Source: a virus
Length of the DNA stretch: 64,000 bases
Strand: one strand, 5' to 3'
Virus record (IMG/VR): IMGVR_UViG_3300032242_002232
Coordinates: 1-64,000 of that record
Below the pieces are notes generated by a model, which saw nothing but the letters and a program-made list of their open reading frames with translations, did not search any database and was not told where the DNA came from. The first letter of the stretch is position 1. Each line of letters begins with the position of its first letter. The translations under genes and the position numbers were made by a program. Below, piece by piece: positions 45,245 to 54,104 of the stretch.

Positions 45245-46950
45245 TGGCAAATCGTGTAATGAAGCAAAAGGATGAAAAAGGAAAGAAGCAAGCTCGCGAT
45301 GCTAGTGAGGCACGTAAGTATGGTGTTAAAGATACAGCTTCTTATCGTAAAGAGATGCTTCATACCACTGAGCGTCCTAAGAAAAAAGACCGCGAAGCTC
45401 AAGACATTGAAGACTCGCAAAGCCGTGCTAAAGCCGTAGACTCTGTTGCCTCAAATAAAGCTAAGCTAAAGCCATTAGAAATTAAAGAAAGTGATCGTGA
45501 GCTTTCAAATAGTGCTGGGCATCAAGATGTAAAACCTGTTGTTAAAAAAACCGCTACTCGTATGCTTTCTGAGCGTGCTCTTGGAATGGGTATGGCACGT
45601 GTAGGTAAGAGTGGCGAAATTCAACCATTAGTTGGTAGAGAAGCACAAGTAGTTAAAAATGATCTTGCTGTAAATGATAAGCAGCTAACAAAAGAAGCTA
45701 ATAAGCGTGCCGCAGCTCGTGATGAAAAAGTCTCTAAAGTAGACAGAACCCCAGAGCAAAAACAAGCTCGTTTAAATATGTTAGCGGGATCCGCAGAAAA
45801 GAAAAAAGCAGCAGCAGCAGCTAAACCTGTAGGTAGCCTTCCAGAGGCGCAAACAGATCGCCCATCAACCAGGCCACTTACAGTTAAACAAGTTAACGGC
45901 AAAAGAATTGTTACCGGTGGAGCGCAAATAATTCCTGGTGAAGGTAATGCGGGTATTCTTAATCCTGGAAATGTGGCCCGTACCGCTGGTACTGTATCCC
46001 AGGGTAAACGTCGACGCATTGAGCGTAAAGCTGCATATAACGCAAAAAAATCTGGAGCTACTAAGGGTTACACCGAGGCATCTAAGTTTGGTTCTAGAAC
46101 TTCTGAAGCAATCAATGCAAAAAATGAAGCAACTAGCATTAAGCTTGATACAAGTGCACGTACTCGTGCCGCAAGAAAAGATGCTAACAAAGAAGCACTT
46201 AAAAACAGCATTCTTAAAAAAGCAGAGAAAATGCCAGAAGGCGCAGCAAAATCTGCAGCAATTCGTTCTGGTGAATCTATTATTCAACCACCAAAGGTTA
46301 ACGGTAAGCGTGGGGGCATGACTGAGGTCAGCTCACGTCCTGATGAAAGAGATATTACAAAGGTTAATACTCGTCCTCGTCCAGTAGGTCAGGGCAGATT
46401 AACTGATGTAGTTGATTCAATGGGTGAAAAGCGTGATGCTCACGGTAAGTCTACGGGAGAAAAAGAACGCCTAAAGATGAGCCAACAAGGCGAAGTTAGC
46501 GTTCAACCAGCTAAAGCTAAAGCAACTCCTCTTGGCGTACTTGCAAGCCATGAAGATCGACTACACAGAATTACAAAAGACTTTCAAGTGCCTGCTGGAA
46601 ATAAAAGCCACGATATCGAGCCTGTACATCTTCGCAGCTATTTAAAGTCTAAAGCGGAATCTTCTGGAGTTCGTTATAACGAACAAGATATGGTTGGTGC
46701 TGTATTTCACGCTAAACATAATAGTCCTGAAAAATATGCGTCTATCCATAAAGAAGCTCTTGCTCATAGAACTAAACGTATTGGTCAGATGACAGAGCAG
46801 CGCGAAACTGCTGCTGCAAAGGCTAAGCAGACACGTGCTATGACAGCGGCTGATCGTGGAGGTAAGCGTCAAGCCTCTAAGGCAAAGCGCGTTGTATCTA
46901 ACGTTCAAAACCGCTTTACAGAGGTGCCTAATGGCGGCAAGGAAGCGTAA
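45244..46950 (+). CDS. large Lys/Arg/Ala-rich protein
   Basis: 568-aa ORF, TAATG coupling. Confidence 0.7.
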   Translation: MANRVMKQKDEKGKKQARDASEARKYGVKDTASYRKEMLHTTERPKKKDREAQDIEDSQSRAKAVDSVASNKAKLKPLEIKESDRELSNSAGHQDVKPVVKKTATRMLSERALGMGMARVGKSGEIQPLVGREAQVVKNDLAVNDKQLTKEANKRAAARDEKVSKVDRTPEQKQARLNMLAGSAEKKKAAAAAKPVGSLPEAQTDRPSTRPLTVKQVNGKRIVTGGAQIIPGEGNAGILNPGNVARTAGTVSQGKRRRIERKAAYNAKKSGATKGYTEASKFGSRTSEAINAKNEATSIKLDTSARTRAARKDANKEALKNSILKKAEKMPEGAAKSAAIRSGESIIQPPKVNGKRGGMTEVSSRPDERDITKVNTRPRPVGQGRLTDVVDSMGEKRDAHGKSTGEKERLKMSQQGEVSVQPAKAKATPLGVLASHEDRLHRITKDFQVPAGNKSHDIEPVHLRSYLKSKAESSGVRYNEQDMVGAVFHAKHNSPEKYASIHKEALAHRTKRIGQMTEQRETAAAKAKQTRAMTAADRGGKRQASKAKRVVSNVQNRFTEVPNGGKEA

Positions 46951-47218
46951 CCAGCGCCCTGCAGCTGGTGAGCTAGCCAAGAAAACAACAAACCTTGGTG
47001 ATGTTAAATGGCATAAGGACGAGCAAAAGCATAGCTGGACCTGCGATAACTGTGGGGAAACCATAAAAGCTGACCCATCTATGCACAATAGCCGCCTTAA
47101 TCTAAGTCAGTTTGCAAAAGAAAATCACACAAACGTTATCTGGGGCAAAGCAATGGACCATGTTCGTAGAAACTGTGGGCCAGAGCCACGTCCCGCACCT
47201 AGAAAAGATCTTGACTAA
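46931..47218 (+). CDS. hypothetical Zn-binding protein
   Basis: SD GAGG; CDNC...H...C. Confidence 0.55.
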   Translation: MAARKRNQRPAAGELAKKTTNLGDVKWHKDEQKHSWTCDNCGETIKADPSMHNSRLNLSQFAKENHTNVIWGKAMDHVRRNCGPEPRPAPRKDLD

Positions 47219-47520
47219 TGGCAACTAAAAAGAAAGCCGTTGCTGGTGGGAAAGTCTACAAAGGGTCTGCTCAAAATGGTGGTCGTGAGATTGTTGTCAA
47301 ACACTATAAAAAAGACGGTAAGTGGCATACCACCTCTACCAATGCTGCTCGTGAGCAGTATGAAAAAGAACACGGCAAAATTAAGTCTAAAAATAAGACT
47401 GTAGACCATAAGAATAACAAGCACAGCGATAATAAGAGTAGTAACCTACAGATATTGGATAAAGGCGCTAATACCGCCAAAGAGAACAAACGACGAGCTG
47501 GTAAGAAGGGTACGAAGTGA
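47218..47520 (+). CDS. HNH-motif basic protein
   Basis: VDHKNN..DN..SNL....N. Confidence 0.65.
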   Translation: MATKKKAVAGGKVYKGSAQNGGREIVVKHYKKDGKWHTTSTNAAREQYEKEHGKIKSKNKTVDHKNNKHSDNKSSNLQILDKGANTAKENKRRAGKKGTK

Positions 47521-47669
47521 ATACTAATCCTTCCTCTAATGTGCGTAAGCGCGATGATGATATTCCAGAAAATGGGGATTGGGCAGCTCTAGAAGCTCAG
47601 GCTCGTAAAGATATGAAGGCAAGTAAAGATTCTATTGAAAGACGTAGAACAACTGATGAGGAATACTAA
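47517..47669 (+). CDS. 50-aa peptide (not in ORF track)
   Basis: GTGA and TAATG coupling on either side. Confidence 0.5.
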   Translation: MNTNPSSNVRKRDDDIPENGDWAALEAQARKDMKASKDSIERRRTTDEEY

Positions 47670-47836
47670 TGGCTAAGAAAAAAGAAGTTTGGGATACTCC
47701 GGATCCAAAGAAAAAAAGCAAACCTTTATCTTCAAAGAAGAAATCTGCAGCTAAAGCACGCGCTAAAGCAGCGGGCCGCCCTTACCCTAATCTTATTGAC
47801 AACATGGCGGCTGCTAAAAAGAAGAAGGCCAAGTAA
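47669..47836 (+). CDS. 55-aa basic peptide (not in ORF track)
   Basis: AKARAKAAGRPYPNLIDNM. Confidence 0.65.
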   Translation: MAKKKEVWDTPDPKKKSKPLSSKKKSAAKARAKAAGRPYPNLIDNMAAAKKKKAK

Positions 47837-48099
47837 TGCCTAAAACTGCTGCTTGGACTCGCAAAGAAGGCAAGAACCCTAATGGTGGGTTAAATGCTAA
47901 AGGACGCGCATCAGCTAAAGCTGAAGGCCATAATTTAAAACCCCCTGTAAAAAAAGCTGAGGCTGCTAAGTCAAAGAAGTCTGCTGCTCGTCGTAAGTCT
48001 TATTGTGCCAGATCTGCCGGCCAAGCTAAGATGTTTCCAAAGGCCGCTAAAGACCCAAATAGCCGCTTAAATAAAGCAAGACGTGCTTGGGATTGCTAG
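47836..48099 (+). CDS. small basic phage protein
   Basis: WTRKEGKNPNGGLN...RKSYCAR...WDC. Confidence 0.75.
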   Translation: MPKTAAWTRKEGKNPNGGLNAKGRASAKAEGHNLKPPVKKAEAAKSKKSAARRKSYCARSAGQAKMFPKAAKDPNSRLNKARRAWDC

Positions 48100-48165
48100 A
48101 TAAACTTATCTGGTCCCTACGCGCATGGGATTGTTAAACCCCCCTCTATATAGAAAAGGTAAATA

Positions 48166-49113
48166 ATGGCCACAAATAACCTAGGTAACTTGCTTGATTC
48201 ATCAGGCAACGTAGCCGTAGATTTCGTATGGGGTAACTTTGCCCCTCAGCCTAACGACGAACGCACAGATGGAACTGCTGTTGAGAAGGTTGCAAACAAT
48301 GCAGCTCAGAACAAGAGCTGGTCTGGCTACTCTGTAAAGCCAAGTGCACGTCTAGATTTCACGCTCGACAGCCACGCTATTCAAGAAGCGGGTTGGTCAA
48401 ACTACCCTTCATTCATTGCTGCTACAGGAAAGTTCAACATTACCCAGGTTTCTGGCGATGGAACAACCGTTCGCTTTGAGTCATACAACACCCTAGCAGA
48501 TGGGGATGTCGTTACTATCACAGGATGCGACACATTCAACCTCTCATCAGCTACAGTTGCTAAGGCTACACGTGATTACTTCACAGTAACCAATTCAACA
48601 ACAGGTTCCCTTATCAACATCAACAACGGTATCGTACAGCTTTCAAATGCTCTTTCAGCAGCTGACGGCGCATTTGTATCCGGAACTGCCTATGTTCGTG
48701 TTCCAAATGTTGTTGGCCTTACAACAACAGCGGCTCAAGATGCCCTTGCTGACGCAGAACTCACAGTTACAACAGCTTCTGGCGTAACTCCAGCTATCTC
48801 TAACGTAGTCCTTACAAGCAACGTAGCAACAATTACTACAGCAGCCGCACACGGATTTGCAGTAGGCGACCTTGTCACAGTTGCGGCCGTTACAGCTACA
48901 ACAATTAACGCAACACTTGCTCCAATCACAGCGGTTACCTCAACAACCTTCTCATATGCTAAGACAGCAACAAACGTTGTTTCAGCAGCAGATACAGGTA
49001 CAGCAAAGGTTCCTGCACGTTTCAGCACAATCAAGACTCAGTCTATTGCTGCAGGCGCTGCCTCAACAGCGATTGGTGCTGCAATTACAATCACACCTTA
49101 CGCAGCCTCATAA
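48166..49113 (+). CDS. Thr/Ala-rich virion protein with PASTA-like segment
   Basis: VPNVVGLT..AQDAL; HGFAVGDLVTV; biased codon usage. Confidence 0.7.
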   Translation: MATNNLGNLLDSSGNVAVDFVWGNFAPQPNDERTDGTAVEKVANNAAQNKSWSGYSVKPSARLDFTLDSHAIQEAGWSNYPSFIAATGKFNITQVSGDGTTVRFESYNTLADGDVVTITGCDTFNLSSATVAKATRDYFTVTNSTTGSLININNGIVQLSNALSAADGAFVSGTAYVRVPNVVGLTTTAAQDALADAELTVTTASGVTPAISNVVLTSNVATITTAAAHGFAVGDLVTVAAVTATTINATLAPITAVTSTTFSYAKTATNVVSAADTGTAKVPARFSTIKTQSIAAGAASTAIGAAITITPYAAS

Positions 49114-49126
49114 TCTCAACACAAAC

Positions 49127-49160
49127 AAAAAGCCCCCAGCTAATAACTGGGGGCTTTTTA
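49127..49160. terminator. bidirectional terminator
   Basis: AAAAAGCCCCCAG/CTGGGGGCTTTTT between convergent genes. Confidence 0.85.
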
Positions 49161-49169
49161 CTTTGTTTA

Positions 49170-49709
49170 TTATCCGGGAAATTTAGATAACCAGATTGTC
49201 ACAGCTGGTTCTGAAGAAGACCCGTCGTATGCGTTAGGGCCTACGCCCCAAGATCCGAAGTCATCCCCATGGGAGCTCATATAGTATGCGGCTTGAGCAT
49301 TTGTAACTGGGTCGAACAGTTCGGCATCTTTAGTGATACCAAACTTTGCTCTTCGTTCTGATCCTAGGCTTCCTCGCATGTTAATTTGAAAAAGCCCATA
49401 AGAATCGTCGCCAGTTGATGCGTTTCCATTATGGGATAGGGGGTGGCCGTGTGATTCTTTCATAACCACAGCCCAGGCCGTTCTTAGAGACTTTCCTGAA
49501 AAACCTACTAACTTAAGTAGATCTATCAGTTGGGTATCTGAGAGGCTTGTTGCTCCCCGATATTGGTCTAAGCCTGTCTTTACTTGTGTAGTTGCGGTTG
49601 ATCCGTCATTAACGGGACCTGCCGGTTCTGCCGCTAAAGCCGATTGACTTAGGGGAAGTAAAACCGTTAAAGCTAATATGCTTACTTTACGTTTTCCATT
49701 AAAATTCAC
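49170..49709 (-). CDS. secreted lytic transglycosylase (SLT/lysozyme fold)
   Basis: Signal peptide, KESHG (catalytic Glu), SYGLFQIN, DPVTNA. Confidence 0.85.
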   Translation of the reverse strand: MNFNGKRKVSILALTVLLPLSQSALAAEPAGPVNDGSTATTQVKTGLDQYRGATSLSDTQLIDLLKLVGFSGKSLRTAWAVVMKESHGHPLSHNGNASTGDDSYGLFQINMRGSLGSERRAKFGITKDAELFDPVTNAQAAYYMSSHGDDFGSWGVGPNAYDGSSSEPAVTIWLSKFPG

Positions 49710-49930
49710 ACTATCTCCTAGGCTAGAGGACCAATCCTGACCATTCTATAACTGTCACTTATAGACTAGCAATTCGGCCTATTTCTACCGAATTCGGTTG
49801 CAATCCTTTTCGTTACATAGATGCGTGATGGCCCAGTTGCCTGGGCCATGGATAAACCCTAGCAGTAGTTACAGGGGGTCTGCAACCGTTATTAGGGTGT
49901 AAACTTATATTTCTTTGAAAGGATTAATAC

Positions 49931-50293
49931 ATGGCAAACCCTGCTAAGAAACCAGAACCAACGGTTGATCCAGTGATTAGTGTAACAAAATGTGATATGT
50001 GCGACAAAGCCGCGGACTTTAAGGTCAGCAACCCTAGCGCAAGAGATCAAAACGTATGTAAGGCCCATTTGCCTTGGATCTACAATATTAACTTTTTACC
50101 TGAAAACGTATCAGCACTTAACTCAGCTAACCAAATCTATGCATCCGCACTTAAAGAAAAAGCATCACGATCTGAAGGAGGTTATAGAGTAGATGAGAGT
50201 GGAGAGAATTCAGACCAAGCAAGCACATCCGGTACCGAGCAAGGTGACAGCCCCAAGGGGACCTTTCCCGCCGGAGATACTGGCGGAAACTAG
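49931..50293 (+). CDS. Zn-binding hypothetical protein
   Basis: CDMC...CKAHLP. Confidence 0.6.
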   Translation: MANPAKKPEPTVDPVISVTKCDMCDKAADFKVSNPSARDQNVCKAHLPWIYNINFLPENVSALNSANQIYASALKEKASRSEGGYRVDESGENSDQASTSGTEQGDSPKGTFPAGDTGGN

Positions 50294-50456
50294 AATAACC
50301 CACGACTACGCTCGTCAAGATGACAGCGGTGGTCAAGACCTTCCTTTAGGAAGCACTGCCCAAAACGATTTTAAACCTACAAGATGGTTTAGCTGCAATG
50401 ATTGTAAAGTTATCGTATCAGAGGCACAACTAGAGACACATACCTGCGGAGACTAA
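50193..50456 (+). CDS. hypothetical protein
   Basis: SD AAGGAGG; CNDC...HTC. Confidence 0.6.
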   Translation: MRVERIQTKQAHPVPSKVTAPRGPFPPEILAETRITHDYARQDDSGGQDLPLGSTAQNDFKPTRWFSCNDCKVIVSEAQLETHTCGD

Positions 50457-50459
50457 TAA

Positions 50460-51068
50460 ATGGCGGATTCAAGAGCAGATAGGGCGGGAAGATTAGCTCG
50501 TCACGCCTTAAATCGTTTCTCTGCAAATGATTCTCAACAAGTAGATGCAATACTTAGTCAAGAAGTTCAAAATCAAGTTAGAAAACAAAGGGCCTCATAC
50601 AATGAAGCCGCTACTTTATTTGGAACAACTGAACCCGGGTACACAACAAATGTGATTGATTCTAGGTATGACACCCGACAATACTATGGTGATGGGGCGG
50701 ATATCATTGAGCCCGACCTCAATGATTTACATGCACCGGTAGATTTTTCAGGCAAAGATGTGCAGGCACCTACCACTACGGGAAAAATTGATCGTCCAAG
50801 AACATTTGCAGCAGCTTTTGATGAAAATAGGTCTATTTTAACTATCGTATTTAGTACCGGAGTTATATACAACTACTATGATGTTGATAGAGACGAATGG
50901 GAAGGGTTTAAGGGGACAATATCAAAGTGGGAATACATCCGCGATGTTCTTGACCCAAAACCTAGAGGATACGCAAGTACCTCAGATGTGCCACCATTGT
51001 TGCAAGCTTATGCGGCTAGGGCTTACAGAACAAGTCAAATTGCTAAATATCTAAATAAAGGGAAGTAA
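50460..51068 (+). CDS. KTSC-domain protein
   Basis: AAFD...LTIVFSTGVIYNYYDV..EWEGF. Confidence 0.7.
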   Translation: MADSRADRAGRLARHALNRFSANDSQQVDAILSQEVQNQVRKQRASYNEAATLFGTTEPGYTTNVIDSRYDTRQYYGDGADIIEPDLNDLHAPVDFSGKDVQAPTTTGKIDRPRTFAAAFDENRSILTIVFSTGVIYNYYDVDRDEWEGFKGTISKWEYIRDVLDPKPRGYASTSDVPPLLQAYAARAYRTSQIAKYLNKGK

Positions 51069-51376
51069 TGGCACGGACACACGACATTGGGTATACATAT
51101 TGGCATACAATAGTTTACGGATTAAGGCCAAAAGAATTGTTTGAAAGGGCTGAAAGTCAAGAGATTGAGCGACCTTTTCGTAAAGGACGTGGAATAGCTA
51201 TTAGACTTCCGTTTACAAGACTAGGTTTAGTAATTGGTAGATGGAAAGATACTCATTTTGATGAAGGTCAAGCCTTAACTTACGCGGTCAATGGTCGCGG
51301 GTTAACTACAAACGAGGTAGACTGGGACTACATAAGATATGGGGCAAAGAATGAATCTACGGTTCAAGAAGCGTAA
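51068..51376 (+). CDS. hypothetical protein
   Basis: TAATG coupling. Confidence 0.6.
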   Translation: MARTHDIGYTYWHTIVYGLRPKELFERAESQEIERPFRKGRGIAIRLPFTRLGLVIGRWKDTHFDEGQALTYAVNGRGLTTNEVDWDYIRYGAKNESTVQEA

Positions 51377-51593
51377 ATCAATAAAACGTGAGGTATCTCG
51401 TGTCCAAAAACGTATTCAACTACTTCCGGACCGAGACATAGTAGCTTGGGCTGAAAGCTCTATTTATGACATTGCCAGAAATTTATCTGCTTGGCAAAAG
51501 AAACAAGATCAGTTTTACTTGAATGAAGCCACCTTGGCTGCCGAGGTCTTATATGAGGCACTTGAGACCGTAAAGAGGAGAACTGATGCGTGA
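51351..51593 (+). CDS. hypothetical protein
   Basis: Directly upstream of terminase. Confidence 0.55.
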   Translation: MNLRFKKRKSIKREVSRVQKRIQLLPDRDIVAWAESSIYDIARNLSAWQKKQDQFYLNEATLAAEVLYEALETVKRRTDA

Positions 51594-53271
51594 TGACTTT
51601 GAATTTAATGACGTTGAGCAAGAAGACGATGAAGAATTTGATATTGAATCAATTCTAGAATATGGGGAGGACGATGATGAAGAAGAAGACGAAAATCTTG
51701 CTATTGATGATGGTGATGATGATCCTGACGGTTTTACTCCCCTACACGAAGAAGATCTTGAGAACCAAGATGATGAAATGGATGAGCTTTCTAGAGAATT
51801 CGTTGCATCACTTGTAGAAAAAATTATGTCTTTCATGAAGCTCCTTGTGGGCCATGATCTACACCCATATCAAAAACCTTTAGCCCGTAGAATTATAGAA
51901 TCCGTTATTATTAACGATGGTGAAGAGATAACCGCTCTTGCATCCCGTCAGTCAGGTAAATCAGAGACTGTCGCAGATACTGTGGCAACTTTAATGGTAA
52001 TTCTCCCAAGACTAGCAAAAATGTATCCAGACCTACTGGGTAAGTTTCAAGACGGTATCTGGGTTGGTATGTTTGCTCCAGTTCAAGCACAGGCAGAAAC
52101 TCTTTACTCTAGAACTGTATCTCGCTTAACTAGCGAGCACGCACTGGAGATTTTGGGTGACCCTGAAATTGACGATGTTACTGCTAAGTCCCCGGGAGTA
52201 ACAAGAAACATTAAACTAAAGCATTCTGGTTCTAGTTTAATGATGATGACAGCTAACCCTAGAGCTAAAATTGAATCTAAGTCATTTCACTTAATGATTA
52301 TTGATGAGTGTCAAGAAGCCGATGACTTTATTGTTTCTAAGTCTATTGCCCCTATGGGTGCGTACTACAACGCAACCATGGTAAAGACGGGAACACCTAC
52401 AACGCATAAAAACAACTTCTATAGAGCAATCTCCCTTAACAAAAGAAGACAGGTGGGTAGAAATGGAAAACAAAATCATTTTCAATGGGACTGGAAAGAC
52501 GTTGCAAAATTTAACCCAAACTACGAAAAGTTCATTCGTAAAGAGATGTTACGAGTTGGTGAAGAATCGGATGAGTTTCAACTTTCATACAACTGTAAAT
52601 GGTTGTTGGAGAGAGGGATGTTCGTCACATCCTCGATTATGGACGACCTCGGAGATACAAGCCAGGAGATTCAGAAAAGCTACCACGTCTCGCCAGTCGT
52701 GGTCGGCATTGACCCGGCACGAAAGATGGACTCAACAGTAGTAACTGTTGTTTGGGTTGACTGGGATAGGCCAGATGAGTTTGGTTACTACGACCACAGA
52801 ATTTTAAACTGGCTTGAAATCCAAGGCGATGACTGGGAAGAACAGTATTTTCAGATTGTAAACTTTTTAGGTAACTATGACGTCTATGCCGTAGCTATTG
52901 ACGCCAATGGTGTTGGTGACGCTGTAGCGCAGCGACTTAAGATGCTTCTACCTAGAGCTGAGGTAATCTCAATTACATCTAGCCCCACTGAGCAATCAAA
53001 GCGGTGGAAGCACCTTCAGGCTCTTATTCAACGTCAATTGATCTCTTGGCCAGCTCACGCCAAAACACGGCGCCTGCGTACTTGGAAGCGGTTCTATCAA
53101 CAGATGACTGATGCCGAAGTTCAATACAAAGGACCTAACTTTTTAGTTGCTGCCCCTGAAGAAGCCCATGCGCACGATGACTTTGTGGACTCATTGTCAC
53201 TAGCTTGCGCTTTAACCCAAGAACTAGTAATGCCTACTGTAGAGGTTAGCTCCTCTCCGTTCTTTAAATAA
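51586..53271 (+). CDS. terL: terminase large subunit
   Basis: HPYQ, ASRQSGKS, IIDECQ, TGTP, GIDPA, IDANGVG, HDDFVDS. Confidence 0.93.
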   Translation: MRDDFEFNDVEQEDDEEFDIESILEYGEDDDEEEDENLAIDDGDDDPDGFTPLHEEDLENQDDEMDELSREFVASLVEKIMSFMKLLVGHDLHPYQKPLARRIIESVIINDGEEITALASRQSGKSETVADTVATLMVILPRLAKMYPDLLGKFQDGIWVGMFAPVQAQAETLYSRTVSRLTSEHALEILGDPEIDDVTAKSPGVTRNIKLKHSGSSLMMMTANPRAKIESKSFHLMIIDECQEADDFIVSKSIAPMGAYYNATMVKTGTPTTHKNNFYRAISLNKRRQVGRNGKQNHFQWDWKDVAKFNPNYEKFIRKEMLRVGEESDEFQLSYNCKWLLERGMFVTSSIMDDLGDTSQEIQKSYHVSPVVVGIDPARKMDSTVVTVVWVDWDRPDEFGYYDHRILNWLEIQGDDWEEQYFQIVNFLGNYDVYAVAIDANGVGDAVAQRLKMLLPRAEVISITSSPTEQSKRWKHLQALIQRQLISWPAHAKTRRLRTWKRFYQQMTDAEVQYKGPNFLVAAPEEAHAHDDFVDSLSLACALTQELVMPTVEVSSSPFFK

Positions 53272-53354
53272 GCTGCGTTTAGCACAAAAAATACACCGAA
53301 TGGCATCAGAATTACACCTGAGGCCCTCAATCTCAACCCTATAGGAGAAAACAA

Positions 53355-53753
53355 ATGGCAATTGCACCAATCCCAGGATCACCTGAGCGAGTAGGCGCTA
53401 CCTACGAACGCAAGATGTCCCCTGCAACACCAGGTCTTCGCGGACCACTTCGCTTTGAAGAAGGCGTAGCAACAGACACAGACGTTCCAAATGAATTCCA
53501 AACAGGAATCAACCAAGGCTACGATGTAGCGCCAAGTCGTCCTAACCATAACTTGGCAGTACATACAAAGTCAGCAGAAGAAACAATGGGCGAGCGTGCT
53601 CACGTTGGTTCAGCTGCATGGGTAGAAGCACCTACTTATATTTCTGAATATGAGTCAGGTAACTTTTCAGATTACGCGGAAGCGTCATTTGAGGAAGTTA
53701 ACCGCAGTGGATCACGTTACCAGCGCCCTAACCCAGCACGAGTTAACGACTAA
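53355..53753 (+). CDS. hypothetical head-region protein
   Basis: GPLRFEEGVATDTDVP. Confidence 0.7.
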   Translation: MAIAPIPGSPERVGATYERKMSPATPGLRGPLRFEEGVATDTDVPNEFQTGINQGYDVAPSRPNHNLAVHTKSAEETMGERAHVGSAAWVEAPTYISEYESGNFSDYAEASFEEVNRSGSRYQRPNPARVND

Positions 53754-53830
53754 ATAAGATACACTAAGGCGGTACCCGGTCTTGTACCCCTTCTCCGAGA
53801 CCGGGCACCCCTTTCTTATTAGGAGATTAA

Positions 53831-54103
53831 ATGGCTGATAAAGTTCCAATGAACGAACAGCTTTGGAATAGCCTTATGCGTCAAGCTAAGGCTAAATATC
53901 CAATTAAAAATCCTAATGCAAAAACAAGTTTTCCAATTAATGAGTGGGTGTCAAAAGAATACGCAAGACAAGGTGGGCAGTACGTTGAGTCTAAATCTCA
54001 AGTGCCACTTAAAATGAGAGATCAAAAAGCTCGTGAAGAGACGAAGAAAAAAGCAAAAATTTCAAAAGCAAAACGAGACAAGAAAAGGGCGGGGTTAATC
54101 TAA
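53831..54103 (+). CDS. basic hypothetical protein
   Basis: SD AGGAG; KEYARQGG. Confidence 0.65.
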   Translation: MADKVPMNEQLWNSLMRQAKAKYPIKNPNAKTSFPINEWVSKEYARQGGQYVESKSQVPLKMRDQKAREETKKKAKISKAKRDKKRAGLI

Positions 54104-54104
54104 T

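Noticed and set aside
49710-49885. c-di-AMP (ydaO) riboswitch
   Set aside because: Conserved GCUGAAUC/GGGUGAAU/CAGCUAAC elements not present
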